Below, in pieces: positions 9,692-20,178 of a stretch of 64,000 bases of DNA (position 1 is the stretch's first letter; each line of letters begins with the position of its first letter). The position numbers and the translations under genes were made by a program. The notes under the pieces were generated by a model. The model made no database searches. It saw only the letters and a program-made list of their open reading frames with translations, and was not told the origin of the DNA. The stretch lies in assembly GCA_963845085.1 (NCBI GenBank), contig CAWJQI010000004.1:64001-128000 (forward strand). Direction: 5' to 3'. Source of the stretch: Candidatus Fermentibacterota bacterium (GTDB taxonomy: Bacteria > Fermentibacterota > Fermentibacteria > Fermentibacterales > JCC-6).

Positions 9692-9720
9692 AGTATATCA
9701 ACATGTATTCATATGGTCAA
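9692..9720 (-). promoter_or_regulatory. sahR promoter with embedded 20-bp palindromic operator
   Basis: Minus strand TTGACC-17 bp-TATACT-6 nt-ATG; ATATCAACATGTATTCATAT at 9695-9714. Confidence 0.7.
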
Positions 9721-9805
9721 TCCCCCACGCCCCCCTTTATTGCACATGACAAACCACATCCTATTGGCTACATTCCCCGGGTGAAGCCTTAACCGGAGGT
9801 CAGGT

Positions 9806-12800
9806 GTGACGAAAAGTTCGCTGACTTCTATACCTTCGATCCCGGCTGCGGGGGAGAACCCCAAGGCGGCGGTTCTGTCCTTCAGGGTCTGCGGCCTCGA
9901 CGGGCTTCTAAACGTTCTCGATCCGGCGGTGCTCTCGGGCTACCGTGATTCGGTTTTTACCGAACTGCGCAGAAGTCTCGCGGAGTGCGGCGGAGTTCCC
10001 GATCCGGGCGAAGGGCCCATCCTCACCACCACGTTCGATCCCGGAATCACCCGTGTGCGCTACTGTCTGCAGGCTGTAGAGTGTGCGCTCCAACTCGCGG
10101 TGAAGTTCCGGCTCCTTACCGGAGAGCTCCGCGAAAGGGGCATCGACGTGTACTGCAGGGCCGGTATAGCCTGGGGACCTGTTTCCGATTCCACGAACAG
10201 GCTTTCATCGGCCCTCGAGGAGGCGGCGGGCAGGGACGGGCTGCTGGTTTCCCCCGAGATCGCCGGCATGACATGCGACCGCTGGAACTGGGAGCTCTTC
10301 GACACCGGCACTAAAAAAATCAGAGCCCTGCATCCGGTTGGAAGGAAGGACCCCGTCGGAGCACCGGCCTTCACCCCTGACCACCCCCTCTATAGAAGCC
10401 TGATGAACACGTGGGAGGGTTTTCTCAGGGAGGGCACGGGGGCGTCGGGCGGTGTCGCCATAATCGGGGACCCCGGTCTCGGGAAAAACACCATGGCCGA
10501 GGAGTACGCGGCTTTCATCGCAGGCAGTACCGAAAGGGTAGTCATCTGCAGCGGTTTCAACCGCGAGGGACAACCGCCGATGGGCATGTGGTTCGTCATA
10601 GGGGGCGAAAGGGCTCGCCCGGGGGGTGAACACCTTCCGCTCTGGCTGGCCGGAGCCCTGCGGGAGCTGGCCGGCACAAACCGCAGGGCGATAGTGCTGA
10701 TCAGGGATGTTCACTGTGCCGATGACGTATCGCTCAAGGTCCTCTCACGGCTGCTCGTGATGCCCCCCGAGGGGTTGTCGCTGTTCTTCATCCTCGTCGG
10801 AGACCATCTGCCCGACCAGCTCCCCGCCAACAGGCTGAATGTTGTGAAACCATCGCCCATGAACAGAACCGAAATCAGGGCTTTCATAGAAAGTGCGCTG
10901 ACCGGGCCGAAAGATGTCGGGCTCGGTGACGCCCTGGCGTTCACCCTGCACAAGTCGACGATGGGCTACCCCATGTTCGTTCACCACACGCTTCTGTACA
11001 TGGTGTCGAGCGGCATTCTCGCAAAAGGGGCCGACGGGATCTGGAGGCTCGAAAGGGAGCTCACGGGTATCCCGCCTTCAGTCGAGGCGGTGCTTCACAG
11101 CAGGATCGACTGCCTCGCTCCTGAACTGCGCAGCGGTCTTCAACTGGCCGGCCTGCTTGGCCGCAGTTTCCAGCGCGAACTGTTTCTAAACGTGCACGAT
11201 GAGTTCTTCGGACGCGACGGCGAGCCGATTCTCGAGGGACTTTCGCGAACCGGTTTCCTATCGATCCACGGCTCGTCGTGCCACTTCCTTGGAAGCCTTC
11301 TGGCAGGCGCCGCAGAAAGCCTTCTGAACGGGGAGAGTGCAGTGAGGATGCACGGTCTGGCCGCCGAGCGCCTGGCGGACGGAAGATCTCCCGGCCCCGG
11401 AGAAACGGCCGCCCTCGAGACGGCCAACCATTTCGCGGGGGCCGACCGCCATCGTGAGGCCCTCCCCTGGGCGCTCGCCGCGCTTGACCAGATGGTCGCC
11501 GCGGGGGACTGCAGGGGCGGGCTGCAGCTGCACGCCAGAATACGCGACTGGCCGCTCGGCGAACCCGATTCCGAAACCTCCCGAAGGCTCACCATGGCAT
11601 CATTCGAGCTGCACGCTCTCAAGGGCTGTTTCCTTGAAGCGTTTGATGCGTTTAACATCGTGTATCCCCTCGCCCGTCCTGAAGACATTCCGAAACTGAT
11701 GTCAACAAAGGCGAGGATCCTCGCTGAAAGGGGGGAAACGCTGCCGGCGGTCGCCATTCTCGAAAAACTGCTTGCTGAATCCGATCCTGACGGCGAGACA
11801 AGGGCCTCGGTGCTCTGCAGGCTGAGCAAGCTGTTCGCCCATCTCGGAAACATGGTTAAATCCCGTGAATACCAGGACAGGGCGCTTGACCTCATCGCGA
11901 AACGTCCTGAACTGATGGAGTGCATCATCGGGAACATGGCCATGACCCGCCTCATTGCAGGTGACACCGTCAAGGCGGAGGAGCTTTGCCGAATGGCGCT
12001 CGACTCGCACCGTTACGGGGGCAACCTCAAACACAAGGCGTCGCTTCTTGGCGCGCTCGCAATAATCGCCCTCCGCACGGGCAGGGAGGATGAGGGAATG
12101 GAGCTCTCCTCCGCGGCGGCGGAGATCCACCGCAGAAGCGGCAACATGCAGGGGTTGTGCGGGGTTCTGGGGAACACCGGCAGCATGCTGGCCAGGTCGG
12201 GAAGGCTGGAGCCGGCCCTCGAGGCACTGCACGAGGCCCTGGAGATGGCCAGACACATCGGCAACGCCGACATGGTGGCCAACTTCACACAGAGCATGGG
12301 AAACATATTCACGATCATGGGCAGGCTCGACGAAGCGGAAGCCCATTTCACTGAATCCCTGTCGACCGCTGAAACCATGGGCAATTCGCGGATGATGGCA
12401 TCAGCGCTCACCGGACTGGGGTCGATGAAACTCGTCGAAGGTTCGCTGGATGAGGCAGAGCGTCACTTCACAAGGGCAGTGCGGATGCACCACCGGTCGG
12501 GGAACATCTCAGGCGAGGCGCACAGCATGTCCGGGCTGGCCGAGGTCCACCTGCGCAGGGGGGAACCCGAAAGGGCGCTTGCCCCCGTGAAGGAGGCGCA
12601 AACCCTGGCCGTTGCATGCGGCGACATTCAGTCCTCCATCAGTATCCGATTCCTCGAGGCGAGGATCCTGCTGGCCAGGGGCATGGTGCACGAGGCAATC
12701 GATGCCTACCGCGACTCGTGCCGGGACGCCGGGGAACACGGCATTACCGTTGGCGGCATGGAGACAAGAAGCATTCTGGAGCGGGAGCTCTCCGTGATCG

Positions 12801-12832
12801 GTCTTCAGATGGAGAACACCGCGGACAGGTAG
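9806..12832 (+). CDS. Degenerate class III cyclase-like domain + AAA/STAND ATPase + TPR repeats
   Basis: Walker A GDPGLGKNT; RDVHCADDVS; GYPMFV; LHSRIDCL; C-terminal TPR-like repeats (LGNTG..G....ALE.L..ALE). Confidence 0.8.
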   Translation: MTKSSLTSIPSIPAAGENPKAAVLSFRVCGLDGLLNVLDPAVLSGYRDSVFTELRRSLAECGGVPDPGEGPILTTTFDPGITRVRYCLQAVECALQLAVKFRLLTGELRERGIDVYCRAGIAWGPVSDSTNRLSSALEEAAGRDGLLVSPEIAGMTCDRWNWELFDTGTKKIRALHPVGRKDPVGAPAFTPDHPLYRSLMNTWEGFLREGTGASGGVAIIGDPGLGKNTMAEEYAAFIAGSTERVVICSGFNREGQPPMGMWFVIGGERARPGGEHLPLWLAGALRELAGTNRRAIVLIRDVHCADDVSLKVLSRLLVMPPEGLSLFFILVGDHLPDQLPANRLNVVKPSPMNRTEIRAFIESALTGPKDVGLGDALAFTLHKSTMGYPMFVHHTLLYMVSSGILAKGADGIWRLERELTGIPPSVEAVLHSRIDCLAPELRSGLQLAGLLGRSFQRELFLNVHDEFFGRDGEPILEGLSRTGFLSIHGSSCHFLGSLLAGAAESLLNGESAVRMHGLAAERLADGRSPGPGETAALETANHFAGADRHREALPWALAALDQMVAAGDCRGGLQLHARIRDWPLGEPDSETSRRLTMASFELHALKGCFLEAFDAFNIVYPLARPEDIPKLMSTKARILAERGETLPAVAILEKLLAESDPDGETRASVLCRLSKLFAHLGNMVKSREYQDRALDLIAKRPELMECIIGNMAMTRLIAGDTVKAEELCRMALDSHRYGGNLKHKASLLGALAIIALRTGREDEGMELSSAAAEIHRRSGNMQGLCGVLGNTGSMLARSGRLEPALEALHEALEMARHIGNADMVANFTQSMGNIFTIMGRLDEAEAHFTESLSTAETMGNSRMMASALTGLGSMKLVEGSLDEAERHFTRAVRMHHRSGNISGEAHSMSGLAEVHLRRGEPERALAPVKEAQTLAVACGDIQSSISIRFLEARILLARGMVHEAIDAYRDSCRDAGEHGITVGGMETRSILERELSVIGLQMENTADR

Positions 12833-14143
12833 AACCTTGCATCGCCCGGACCGCGGTCGAGCGGGAATCCGGCACCCGCATCGTAGCGCAGCCTGCCGGT
12901 CCCTCCCCTCAGTCCGCCTCCTGCCGAAGCCGGCCTTTCAGTGCCCTCGAGTGTTTTCAAAACGCCCAGATCCATGAATGAGTACAACCTTGTCGCAGTC
13001 TCCCCGACTGAGAGTTCGGGCGATGCGATACCCCATTCCCCGGCCCTGTAGACGTCTTCCGGGTAACCCCTGAGCGTGCCGTAACCACCGAGCCTCCAGA
13101 GGCCCGATGACAGCCATTCGCCCTGAAGGATGCCTCCAGCAGCAACTTTGAGGCCGAAGCCGAATACGCCGCGGAACATGTTGAAGCCAGCGGAACCTTC
13201 ACCCGTGGCCATGAACCATGTTGAAAGGGAATCGGCAACAGGGCCGGTCGCATTGCCTCCGGTGGTCGAAACGGTCCCGGAAAAACCCTGCCTTCCCTGG
13301 GGAACCCTTTTTGTCAGGTCCCACGTGAGCCCGGCCGCGCCGTAATCGTACCGCTGCCTTTCCCCCCCGGCGGGCCACCCCGACCACGAGCCTCCGCCCC
13401 CCGAAACCTCGAGACCGCCGAGGTCGTAGAAAAGCCTTGTCTCCCACCTTCTGTTAACGCTTCCGGAATCGGGGATCTCCTGGCTTAAAAAAACACTGAA
13501 CCCCGCCGGAGTGCCGAACACCCAGGGCTCCCTGTACAGGAAGGAACCGTCTACGCCCCATTCCGTTGCGTCAGCGGAAAGCTCGATCCGCCTTCCGCCG
13601 CCAAAGAGGTTGGCGAGCACAAGTTCGCCCCCTCCAAGAACACCCGAGTCATCGTTGTATGACAGCCCTCCCGGCAAACCAGCCGGGCGGAGTTTCCTCG
13701 ACGGGAACGAAAAGAACAAGATCCCCCATCGGACCGAGCGCCAGCTCAGGGGCTCCAACGCTCTCGATCATGTCCAGCCTCTCCAGTTCCCCGATCCAGA
13801 GGGACACGGCTTCGGGGTCGTAAGCATCACCCGGTGCGAGCGACAGCCGCCTGAGAAGCAGCCCGGGTCTCGTGCGCATTCCCTCGGGGAACCTGACCTC
13901 CTCAAGCGAAGCCTTTCGGCCCGGCACAACGTTGACAACAAGGGTGTCGGGCGCTGAGAAGTACATCCCGGCCGAAGCGAATGGGTATCCCATGGAAAGG
14001 TACCACCGAAGAAGACCGTCGGGCAGGGCTGCGAGCGAGGAATCGGGAACGGTCCCTCCCGTCTCTGGAGGGGGAAAGGGCGGCGAACCGGTGTATGTCA
14101 CCACGGTGCCCAGAAGGATGAGAAGCCTGAACGCCGCGATCAA
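12805..14143 (-). CDS. Omp85/BamA-TamA family protein (POTRA + beta-barrel), split by a frameshift near 13670
   Basis: POTRA-like GYPFA...RTRPGLLLRRL..PGDAYDP in ORF 13649-14143; barrel LANLFGGGRR, YREPWVFG, LGGYGTLRGY in ORF 12805-13758. Confidence 0.8.
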
Positions 14144-17100
14144 AACGACACCGTGCCTTCAAGACCGCCTGTGCGTGTCCAGTCGCCCCCTGCGGGGCGC
14201 CTGGCGCGAACGAAAAGCGAGAGCCTCAGCCAGCGCCCGAGGTTCCTTCCGGCGTTGAGGCTGCCGTCGAGCGTGTAGCCGCGGCCGGCCCCGTCGAAGA
14301 ACCATGACGGGAGGTCACCCTCTCCCGGTATCCACGCCACTCCGTAACCCGCGCTGGTGGTCCAACCCCCCGTGTTCACCGAAACATGCGGCCGGATGCC
14401 GTAGGATGTTTCGTTGAGGCCGGTTTCCAACTCCCTCCTGTTGTCGGCGGAAAGCTCCACACCCCCGGTTATACCGGGTGACGGCATGTACCGCGGGTCG
14501 GCTGAAACAAGCCTTCCCGTGATCCTGCGAGGTCCGTAGAGATCCTGCTCCCTGAGGGACAGCCTGCCCGAAAGCTCGAGCTCAACCACAGGATGAAGGC
14601 GCAGAAGCGGCGTCAGCCGTGCCGAGCGATCGATGGTCCGGCTCCGGCCGGAGCCGCTCAGGGTTTCCCTGCTGTCGGAGGAGGCAAGTCTCAGGGTGAG
14701 CCTCCTGAGAACACCATCATCCCAGGAGAGCCAGGGAGAGACTGTCGCCGACCATTCCCCGGGGCTGTTCGTGTCGAAAGCTCCGGCCAGTGTGAATGTC
14801 TTCAAACGGTCGGACGGGTTCGACGCGGAGAGAGTGACGCTTCCATCGAGTCCGGAGCCCTCGCCGTGGATCGAGCCGGTGCTTTTCAACCGCGCTTCCA
14901 GTACCTTCTCCTCCCCCTCGCCGGGCTGGAACGACCTGTTGTAGTCGCCGCCGGGGTCGGGGTAGTACTCGCCGGTATCGGGATCGTAGCTGTATTCCCC
15001 GTTTCCCTCCCCCACCCACGTGTAGATGATCTCCACCGAGCGCCCAAGGTAGCCCCCCGCAGAGTAGTCGTTGTGGGTCCACCAGCCCGCGCCGTTCAGG
15101 GAAAGCCCCAGGATCATGGCGTCGGCACGGCTCTGCCCTCCGCCCTGGAACCAGCTGGTTGAGTGGTTGTAGCTTCCGCTGAGGTTCCAGCTCGAACCGC
15201 GGCCGTTCCCGGAAAGGCCGGCCCTGGCAACCCGGTCCGGAAGACCCGTCCCTCCCCTTCGGTCAAGCGTTCCCCCGGCGAAAACCCGGAAGCTCCAGAG
15301 CCCCGGTTCCGCAACGGTCCCCGCCTCGCCGTCGTGTATCCACCCCTCCAGGCTGTCGGCCCAGGCTTCCCTGGAGGTGGACAGGTCAACAAAGGGTGTG
15401 AAGAGACCTGCAGCGTACTCAATCATCGACCCGGCAGAAATCCTGTCGCCATCCCTGAGGTCAGTGACGGCCTTTCTTCTCCCCGCGTTGGCGGCAAAGC
15501 TGACTGTAAAGGCTCCGGGGGTGAACACAACGTTTCCTTCGGCCTTCTCGACTGAACCGCCCTCGTCCATGTAGCGCCTGCCGCCGGATATGTTCAGGTT
15601 TTCCGATGCCAGTCCGGCCTCGCCGTAGGAGTCGTTCCCCGTGAAGCCGGCGGGCAGAAGCCAGCGGGAAAGGTCGTCGTCCGGGTCGGATTCGTCGGGG
15701 AAGGAAAAGCCTTCCGAGACCAGCCGCCCCTTCACGAACAGCTCGGGGCCATCCTCCCAGGGAGCGATCGATATCCTTGAGGAGGCGAATGACCCCTCCC
15801 TTGTCGTGCCCGAGGGGTTGAAAAGGTTGCCCTCCCGTCTCGACAGGTAGCCCGAGACCTCCCCGGCGAACACGCCCTGCTCGCCGCGGATCGAAACGCC
15901 GCCCGTCTCCTTCATTGAAGGGATGTCGATGTATCTCCTCGGCAGATGGGTGCCCTCGTTCCCGCCCTCCCACCTGAAGCCTCCGAGCGCGGAATCATAG
16001 ACGTAGTCGCCGGGACCTTCGGGAGGCCGCTGGAAGGTGACGTCCCAGCCGCCTTCACCGGGGCCCTCGAAGGTGTAGTGACCAAGGCTGTCAAGCGAGT
16101 ATGAGCCCTCCCCCTCCCCCACGAAGGCGCCTCCGGGGAGCCAGGCGTCGGCCGGGTTTTCCCCGGCATTGCGAAGCACTTCCTCCGCCTCGGGGCTCAT
16201 GACGAACCCGAGGGGCGCCCCGGTGTCGTCACCCTCCCTGAAAAACTGCGATTCGACCCTGAAGCCGTCATCACCGGCCCCGAACAGACCGGTCAGTATC
16301 CCGCGGCGGAAACCGTCGCCCTCCCTGTAGCACGAAACCTCGACCCGCTGGTCCCTCCTGATCAGCCTCGACGCAGTGAAGGTAAGCCTGCCGCCGGGGT
16401 AGTCAACCGTGTAGTCGGCTCCGCTCCCCCTCTGCATGAGGACTCCGTCGAGGGTCACACGTTCGCTCCCGGGTGTCACCCCCGAGGGAGCGAAGGTGTA
16501 GGGGCCCTGCACACCCTCCTGCGTGAGGAACACCGTGTGGTGACGCCTTGCGCCGGTGATGCCGTAGCCGGCGCCTGCGGTCAGCATGTCGGCGGGAGCA
16601 ACCATTCCGGAGAAACCGCTCAGGCTTCTTCTGTATCGCATCGGGGTGAGGCCGTCACCCGTCGATTCGCGCTCCATGTCACCCAGTTCGGTGCTCCAAG
16701 AGCTTCCCTCGACGAACAGGTTCACCTTGTCCAGCTCGGACAGGGCTTCCGACGATGCCGCACCGAGGGGAAGGCTTTCGTCCGTTATCGAACCCCTGAC
16801 TGTAACGCCCGGGGTGATCATGCCGTCAAGCGAGATCCTTGTGCCCTGTACCAGCCCCCCGTCGGATCCCAGGGAGATCCCGAGCCTTTTGACGCCGCTG
16901 ATGTACAGCCCCTCACCGGCCGGGGATGATGACTGCGCCTGCCCGGTCAGGATCTGGATCCTTGCGAGCGGTTCAAGCCTGAGTGCAGCCGTGTTCGGGA
17001 ACCCCACGCTGAGCGTATCGAAGAACAGGGTGACTACGGCCCCTTCCGGGGGCGGAGGCAGCACTCGAAGACCTGCCGCGGCCCCGCTCGAGGCGTTGAC

Positions 17101-17244
17101 CGCGCGAAGGGTGTCGCCGTCAACAATGGCGAAGGCGCCGACAGGGGAGGCCCATACTGAATCCGGCAACTCAAAGAAGCCGGTTCCATCGCTCTGCATT
17201 TCCAGTGAAAGGCCGGACAGCAGACCGAGGAGGATGAGGGTCAC
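14140..17244 (-). CDS. Large outer-membrane beta-barrel protein (1034 aa)
   Basis: Signal-like N-terminus, QEGVQGPY...SERVTLDG..MQRG...DYTVDY..GRLTF module, alternating beta-strand pattern, terminal Phe (GTVSF). Confidence 0.7.
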   Translation of the reverse strand: MTLILLGLLSGLSLEMQSDGTGFFELPDSVWASPVGAFAIVDGDTLRAVNASSGAAAGLRVLPPPPEGAVVTLFFDTLSVGFPNTAALRLEPLARIQILTGQAQSSSPAGEGLYISGVKRLGISLGSDGGLVQGTRISLDGMITPGVTVRGSITDESLPLGAASSEALSELDKVNLFVEGSSWSTELGDMERESTGDGLTPMRYRRSLSGFSGMVAPADMLTAGAGYGITGARRHHTVFLTQEGVQGPYTFAPSGVTPGSERVTLDGVLMQRGSGADYTVDYPGGRLTFTASRLIRRDQRVEVSCYREGDGFRRGILTGLFGAGDDGFRVESQFFREGDDTGAPLGFVMSPEAEEVLRNAGENPADAWLPGGAFVGEGEGSYSLDSLGHYTFEGPGEGGWDVTFQRPPEGPGDYVYDSALGGFRWEGGNEGTHLPRRYIDIPSMKETGGVSIRGEQGVFAGEVSGYLSRREGNLFNPSGTTREGSFASSRISIAPWEDGPELFVKGRLVSEGFSFPDESDPDDDLSRWLLPAGFTGNDSYGEAGLASENLNISGGRRYMDEGGSVEKAEGNVVFTPGAFTVSFAANAGRRKAVTDLRDGDRISAGSMIEYAAGLFTPFVDLSTSREAWADSLEGWIHDGEAGTVAEPGLWSFRVFAGGTLDRRGGTGLPDRVARAGLSGNGRGSSWNLSGSYNHSTSWFQGGGQSRADAMILGLSLNGAGWWTHNDYSAGGYLGRSVEIIYTWVGEGNGEYSYDPDTGEYYPDPGGDYNRSFQPGEGEEKVLEARLKSTGSIHGEGSGLDGSVTLSASNPSDRLKTFTLAGAFDTNSPGEWSATVSPWLSWDDGVLRRLTLRLASSDSRETLSGSGRSRTIDRSARLTPLLRLHPVVELELSGRLSLREQDLYGPRRITGRLVSADPRYMPSPGITGGVELSADNRRELETGLNETSYGIRPHVSVNTGGWTTSAGYGVAWIPGEGDLPSWFFDGAGRGYTLDGSLNAGRNLGRWLRLSLFVRARRPAGGDWTRTGGLEGTVSF

Positions 17245-17936
17245 TCAACCACCAGGGGAGGCAGCCCGCCGCCCCAGAGAACCACTACTCCGCCTCCCGG
17301 CGAGGCGGACACCCTGGTGTGGCGGACCTGACAGAGAAGGGTGTCGCCACCGGCGAAGTAAAGCACGGAATCACTGAGGACCAGCACGCTGTCACCCACG
17401 AGACACCCGGCCCCGGTCGCGCTGACGAGGACGGGTTCCCCGCCCTCCATGATGCGATATACGCCGTCCCCCGAGAAGAGCCCCGTGCCTCTCTCAAAAT
17501 GCAGCCGTCCTGAAGCGGGTGCGTCACGCTTGATCACGAGCCCTTCGGTTGTAAGGACCGCTTCCCTCTGGGTGTCGACGTACCAGACCGACATCCCGGC
17601 AAGCACCAGGTCTCCGGGAGTGCCTGAAACGCCGGTAACGGCCACCGGCTGGACGAACCTGTCGAAAAAGGTAACGGTTCCGTCGGATGCGTCTGAAACA
17701 AGCATTCCGCCCGTTCCGTCAAGGCAGAGCCCCGATGGGCGGGAGATGTCGTCGAGGAAGTAACGGGCCGATTCACCGGACGGAAAGACTGCGCACAGCT
17801 CGGGAACACCCTCGAGAAGCACCCAGACCGTGCCGTCGCGGGAAACCTCGAGATCGGTGTAGTTTCCTGACGGAAATGTGAATGGGGCGAGGGCGAGAAG
17901 GCTAACGAACAACGACGAAACGGCCGGACCGAACAT
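17241..17936 (-). CDS. Exported NHL/beta-propeller-like protein
   Basis: Hydrophobic N-terminus; RPSGLCLD..GGMLVSD, TPGDLVL..SVWYVD repeats; coupled to its neighbours. Confidence 0.6.
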   Translation of the reverse strand: MFGPAVSSLFVSLLALAPFTFPSGNYTDLEVSRDGTVWVLLEGVPELCAVFPSGESARYFLDDISRPSGLCLDGTGGMLVSDASDGTVTFFDRFVQPVAVTGVSGTPGDLVLAGMSVWYVDTQREAVLTTEGLVIKRDAPASGRLHFERGTGLFSGDGVYRIMEGGEPVLVSATGAGCLVGDSVLVLSDSVLYFAGGDTLLCQVRHTRVSASPGGGVVVLWGGGLPPLVVE

Positions 17937-19524
17937 TTTCACCACGCGCCAGGCGGTAGAAATAGATCCCCGATGCCAGTTCGCCAGCCCCGGGATACAC
18001 GAGCACCCTTTCTCCGGCCTGCTGGTAGCCGAAGTCATGGGTGTCTACGAGAGTCCCGGTCTGATCGAAGACTGCAAGGCTCACATTGGCGCCGGCCGAG
18101 TAGAACTGGATGTAAAGGTCGCCAAGGCAAGGGTTTGGATACACGGCCAGCTCCCCGCCAACGCTTCCGGCGGATGCTGTGACAGAAAGGCCGGCAAAGG
18201 CGTTGTTCAACAGCATCAACGTTCCGGGGTTATCGAGCGGAACAGCCACTTCGCCGGTTCCGCCAACATTCACCGGAGTGAGGTCATCGTCGGTGAGAAG
18301 GAAGGCCTGCATGTTCCCGATGCCGGTTGCGCCGATGCGCAGGCTTCCCGACAGACCGTCGGCTATCCTGTAGTAAAGCCCCTGGTACGAGCCCATTTCA
18401 AAAGCGGAGCCCTGCCAGGGCAATTCATCAATGATGCCGGTCCAGTCGAGACCGGGCCTGTTGCCGGGGGAGACGGTATCGTAGGAGGCGATGGTGAAAG
18501 CCTGCCAGCCGAAGCCCCTGTCGTAGTCGTCGATGAAGCACGAGAGCATCCAGTCCCCAAGGATGTCTTCGAGCACGGGCGTCTGACCGGTGGCAAGAGC
18601 GATGGACTCCTCGATGTTCCTGACTCCGCGTGTCTCGGAGTGCATGGAGTTCCAGATGAAGTCGCGCCCTCCGTAATTCTCCATGATGTACGAGAAAAAG
18701 AGAAAGCCCGCGCCGTAGCCGGCCACGTATCGTATGTCCTGAAAGTCGTAGCTGGTCCAGTTGATCGGCGTCACGCCGCCGGTTTCGATGAAGGTCTCGA
18801 CCTGGTCGGCGGGGTAGCCGCAGACGTACGGACCAGCCTGGGCCTGGTTCTCGAGCACCCAGAGGTCCTGCGAGGTGAACGGAGCTATCCCCCAGTGAAT
18901 GAGGTGCACGAGTTCGTGGCTTGCCACGTATGAGGCGCCGGAGACCTCGCCGGGGTTGCAGTCTACGTAGAGCACCTCGGCCTCGTTGGAGTGCCCCCCG
19001 TAGTAGAGCCTCGCCTCCCATTCGGTGAACTGGTTGTAGGGCGAGAAGTAGCCCGCGATGTAACCCGGATTCGTTGCAGGATCCCAGCCGTCCGGGATGT
19101 CGAGCGCGAGAATGTACACCCTGGGATCGTTGTCGAGCTCGTCGGGGATCGGCCCGAAGTTGTCCTCGAGACGGGTGATTATGCCCGACTCGCCTTCGAC
19201 TGCCGCAAGGAGGCTGTCAACACCCTCCTGATCGAAGCTTCTGTCCTCCCACTGTGTGTCCTCGACGAAGATGTACGTTTTGTCCCCCACGGCACGGCAG
19301 GTGGCGGAGGTGAGGTAGAACGTGGTGTACTCACCCAGAAAGCTCTGTGCCCAGAAATTGACCACGTCTCCGACCTGGTGCGCTCCCCCCAGGGCCGCTA
19401 TGCCGCCGGTCGGAGCGAAGAGCGGATCGTGCCTTTGATCGATCTCCATGACCTGCGGGTAGTAAAAGGTCCCGCTGACCGGCATCGGCCGCGTGGAAAG
19501 CAGAAGGAAAAGTAATATGCCCAT
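17902..19524 (-). CDS. Secreted zinc metalloprotease (M30/neutral-protease-like) with T9SS-type CTD
   Basis: FGPIPDELDNDPRVYIL, YIAGYFSP, ASHELVHLIHW (HExxH), VYPNP...GIYFYRL...GRFVVVR. Confidence 0.8.
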   Translation of the reverse strand: MGILLFLLLSTRPMPVSGTFYYPQVMEIDQRHDPLFAPTGGIAALGGAHQVGDVVNFWAQSFLGEYTTFYLTSATCRAVGDKTYIFVEDTQWEDRSFDQEGVDSLLAAVEGESGIITRLEDNFGPIPDELDNDPRVYILALDIPDGWDPATNPGYIAGYFSPYNQFTEWEARLYYGGHSNEAEVLYVDCNPGEVSGASYVASHELVHLIHWGIAPFTSQDLWVLENQAQAGPYVCGYPADQVETFIETGGVTPINWTSYDFQDIRYVAGYGAGFLFFSYIMENYGGRDFIWNSMHSETRGVRNIEESIALATGQTPVLEDILGDWMLSCFIDDYDRGFGWQAFTIASYDTVSPGNRPGLDWTGIIDELPWQGSAFEMGSYQGLYYRIADGLSGSLRIGATGIGNMQAFLLTDDDLTPVNVGGTGEVAVPLDNPGTLMLLNNAFAGLSVTASAGSVGGELAVYPNPCLGDLYIQFYSAGANVSLAVFDQTGTLVDTHDFGYQQAGERVLVYPGAGELASGIYFYRLARGENVRSGRFVVVR

Positions 19525-20171
19525 CAGAATCTCGCCCCGATGGTGAACATGACCGACGAGAAGTCGGCGGCTTCAGGGAAGGCCAAGCCTGTGTAGACAC
19601 CCGGCCTTGCAGGGTCGAGGAGGGCGGCATCGATCGCGCTCACCACCCGGTTCACCACGGCGAACATCGCGATGTAGGTTGTTCTGCGGTACCACTCACG
19701 GCTGTCGCGAAGTGCGTCGCCGTACGCGAGTCGTTCCGCCTCGCTGCTCCAGTTCCATCCCGACCCTTCCGGGACCGAATGCTGTGCGTAGTAATCCTGC
19801 TGCGCCGCGGGGTCATCGGGATAGTAGTATCTTGCGAGCTGCCTGATGTATGTGTTGAATTCGCCGCTGCTCATGTAATCGCCAACATCATCCTGAAAGT
19901 CACGGCTGCTGCCCGACACGTCGATCCCGGCCTTCTGAAGGGCGAGCATGCGAAAATTGTCGCGCTCCCATGTGGCTTCGATGTAGGAGAGCCCCGCACC
20001 GATCCAGGTTGCGGCCTCGACCCCCATGAAGACCATCCCCCGGGTTTTGTAGCCGAGGTGATCCTGTCCCCACCCCGGAAGCAGCAGCGACCGGCCCATG
20101 GCTGCACGGTCCGCTGCAGCCGTGGAGGCAAAAAGGAGCACGATGAGAACGATGACCTTCCGGGCTCTCAT
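19524..20171 (-). CDS. Conserved exported/membrane protein (DUF5683-like)
   Basis: RSLLLPGWGQ.., NRVVSAIDA motif, terminal Phe. Confidence 0.65.
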   Translation of the reverse strand: MRARKVIVLIVLLFASTAAADRAAMGRSLLLPGWGQDHLGYKTRGMVFMGVEAATWIGAGLSYIEATWERDNFRMLALQKAGIDVSGSSRDFQDDVGDYMSSGEFNTYIRQLARYYYPDDPAAQQDYYAQHSVPEGSGWNWSSEAERLAYGDALRDSREWYRRTTYIAMFAVVNRVVSAIDAALLDPARPGVYTGLAFPEAADFSSVMFTIGARF

Positions 20172-20178
20172 GAAAACC

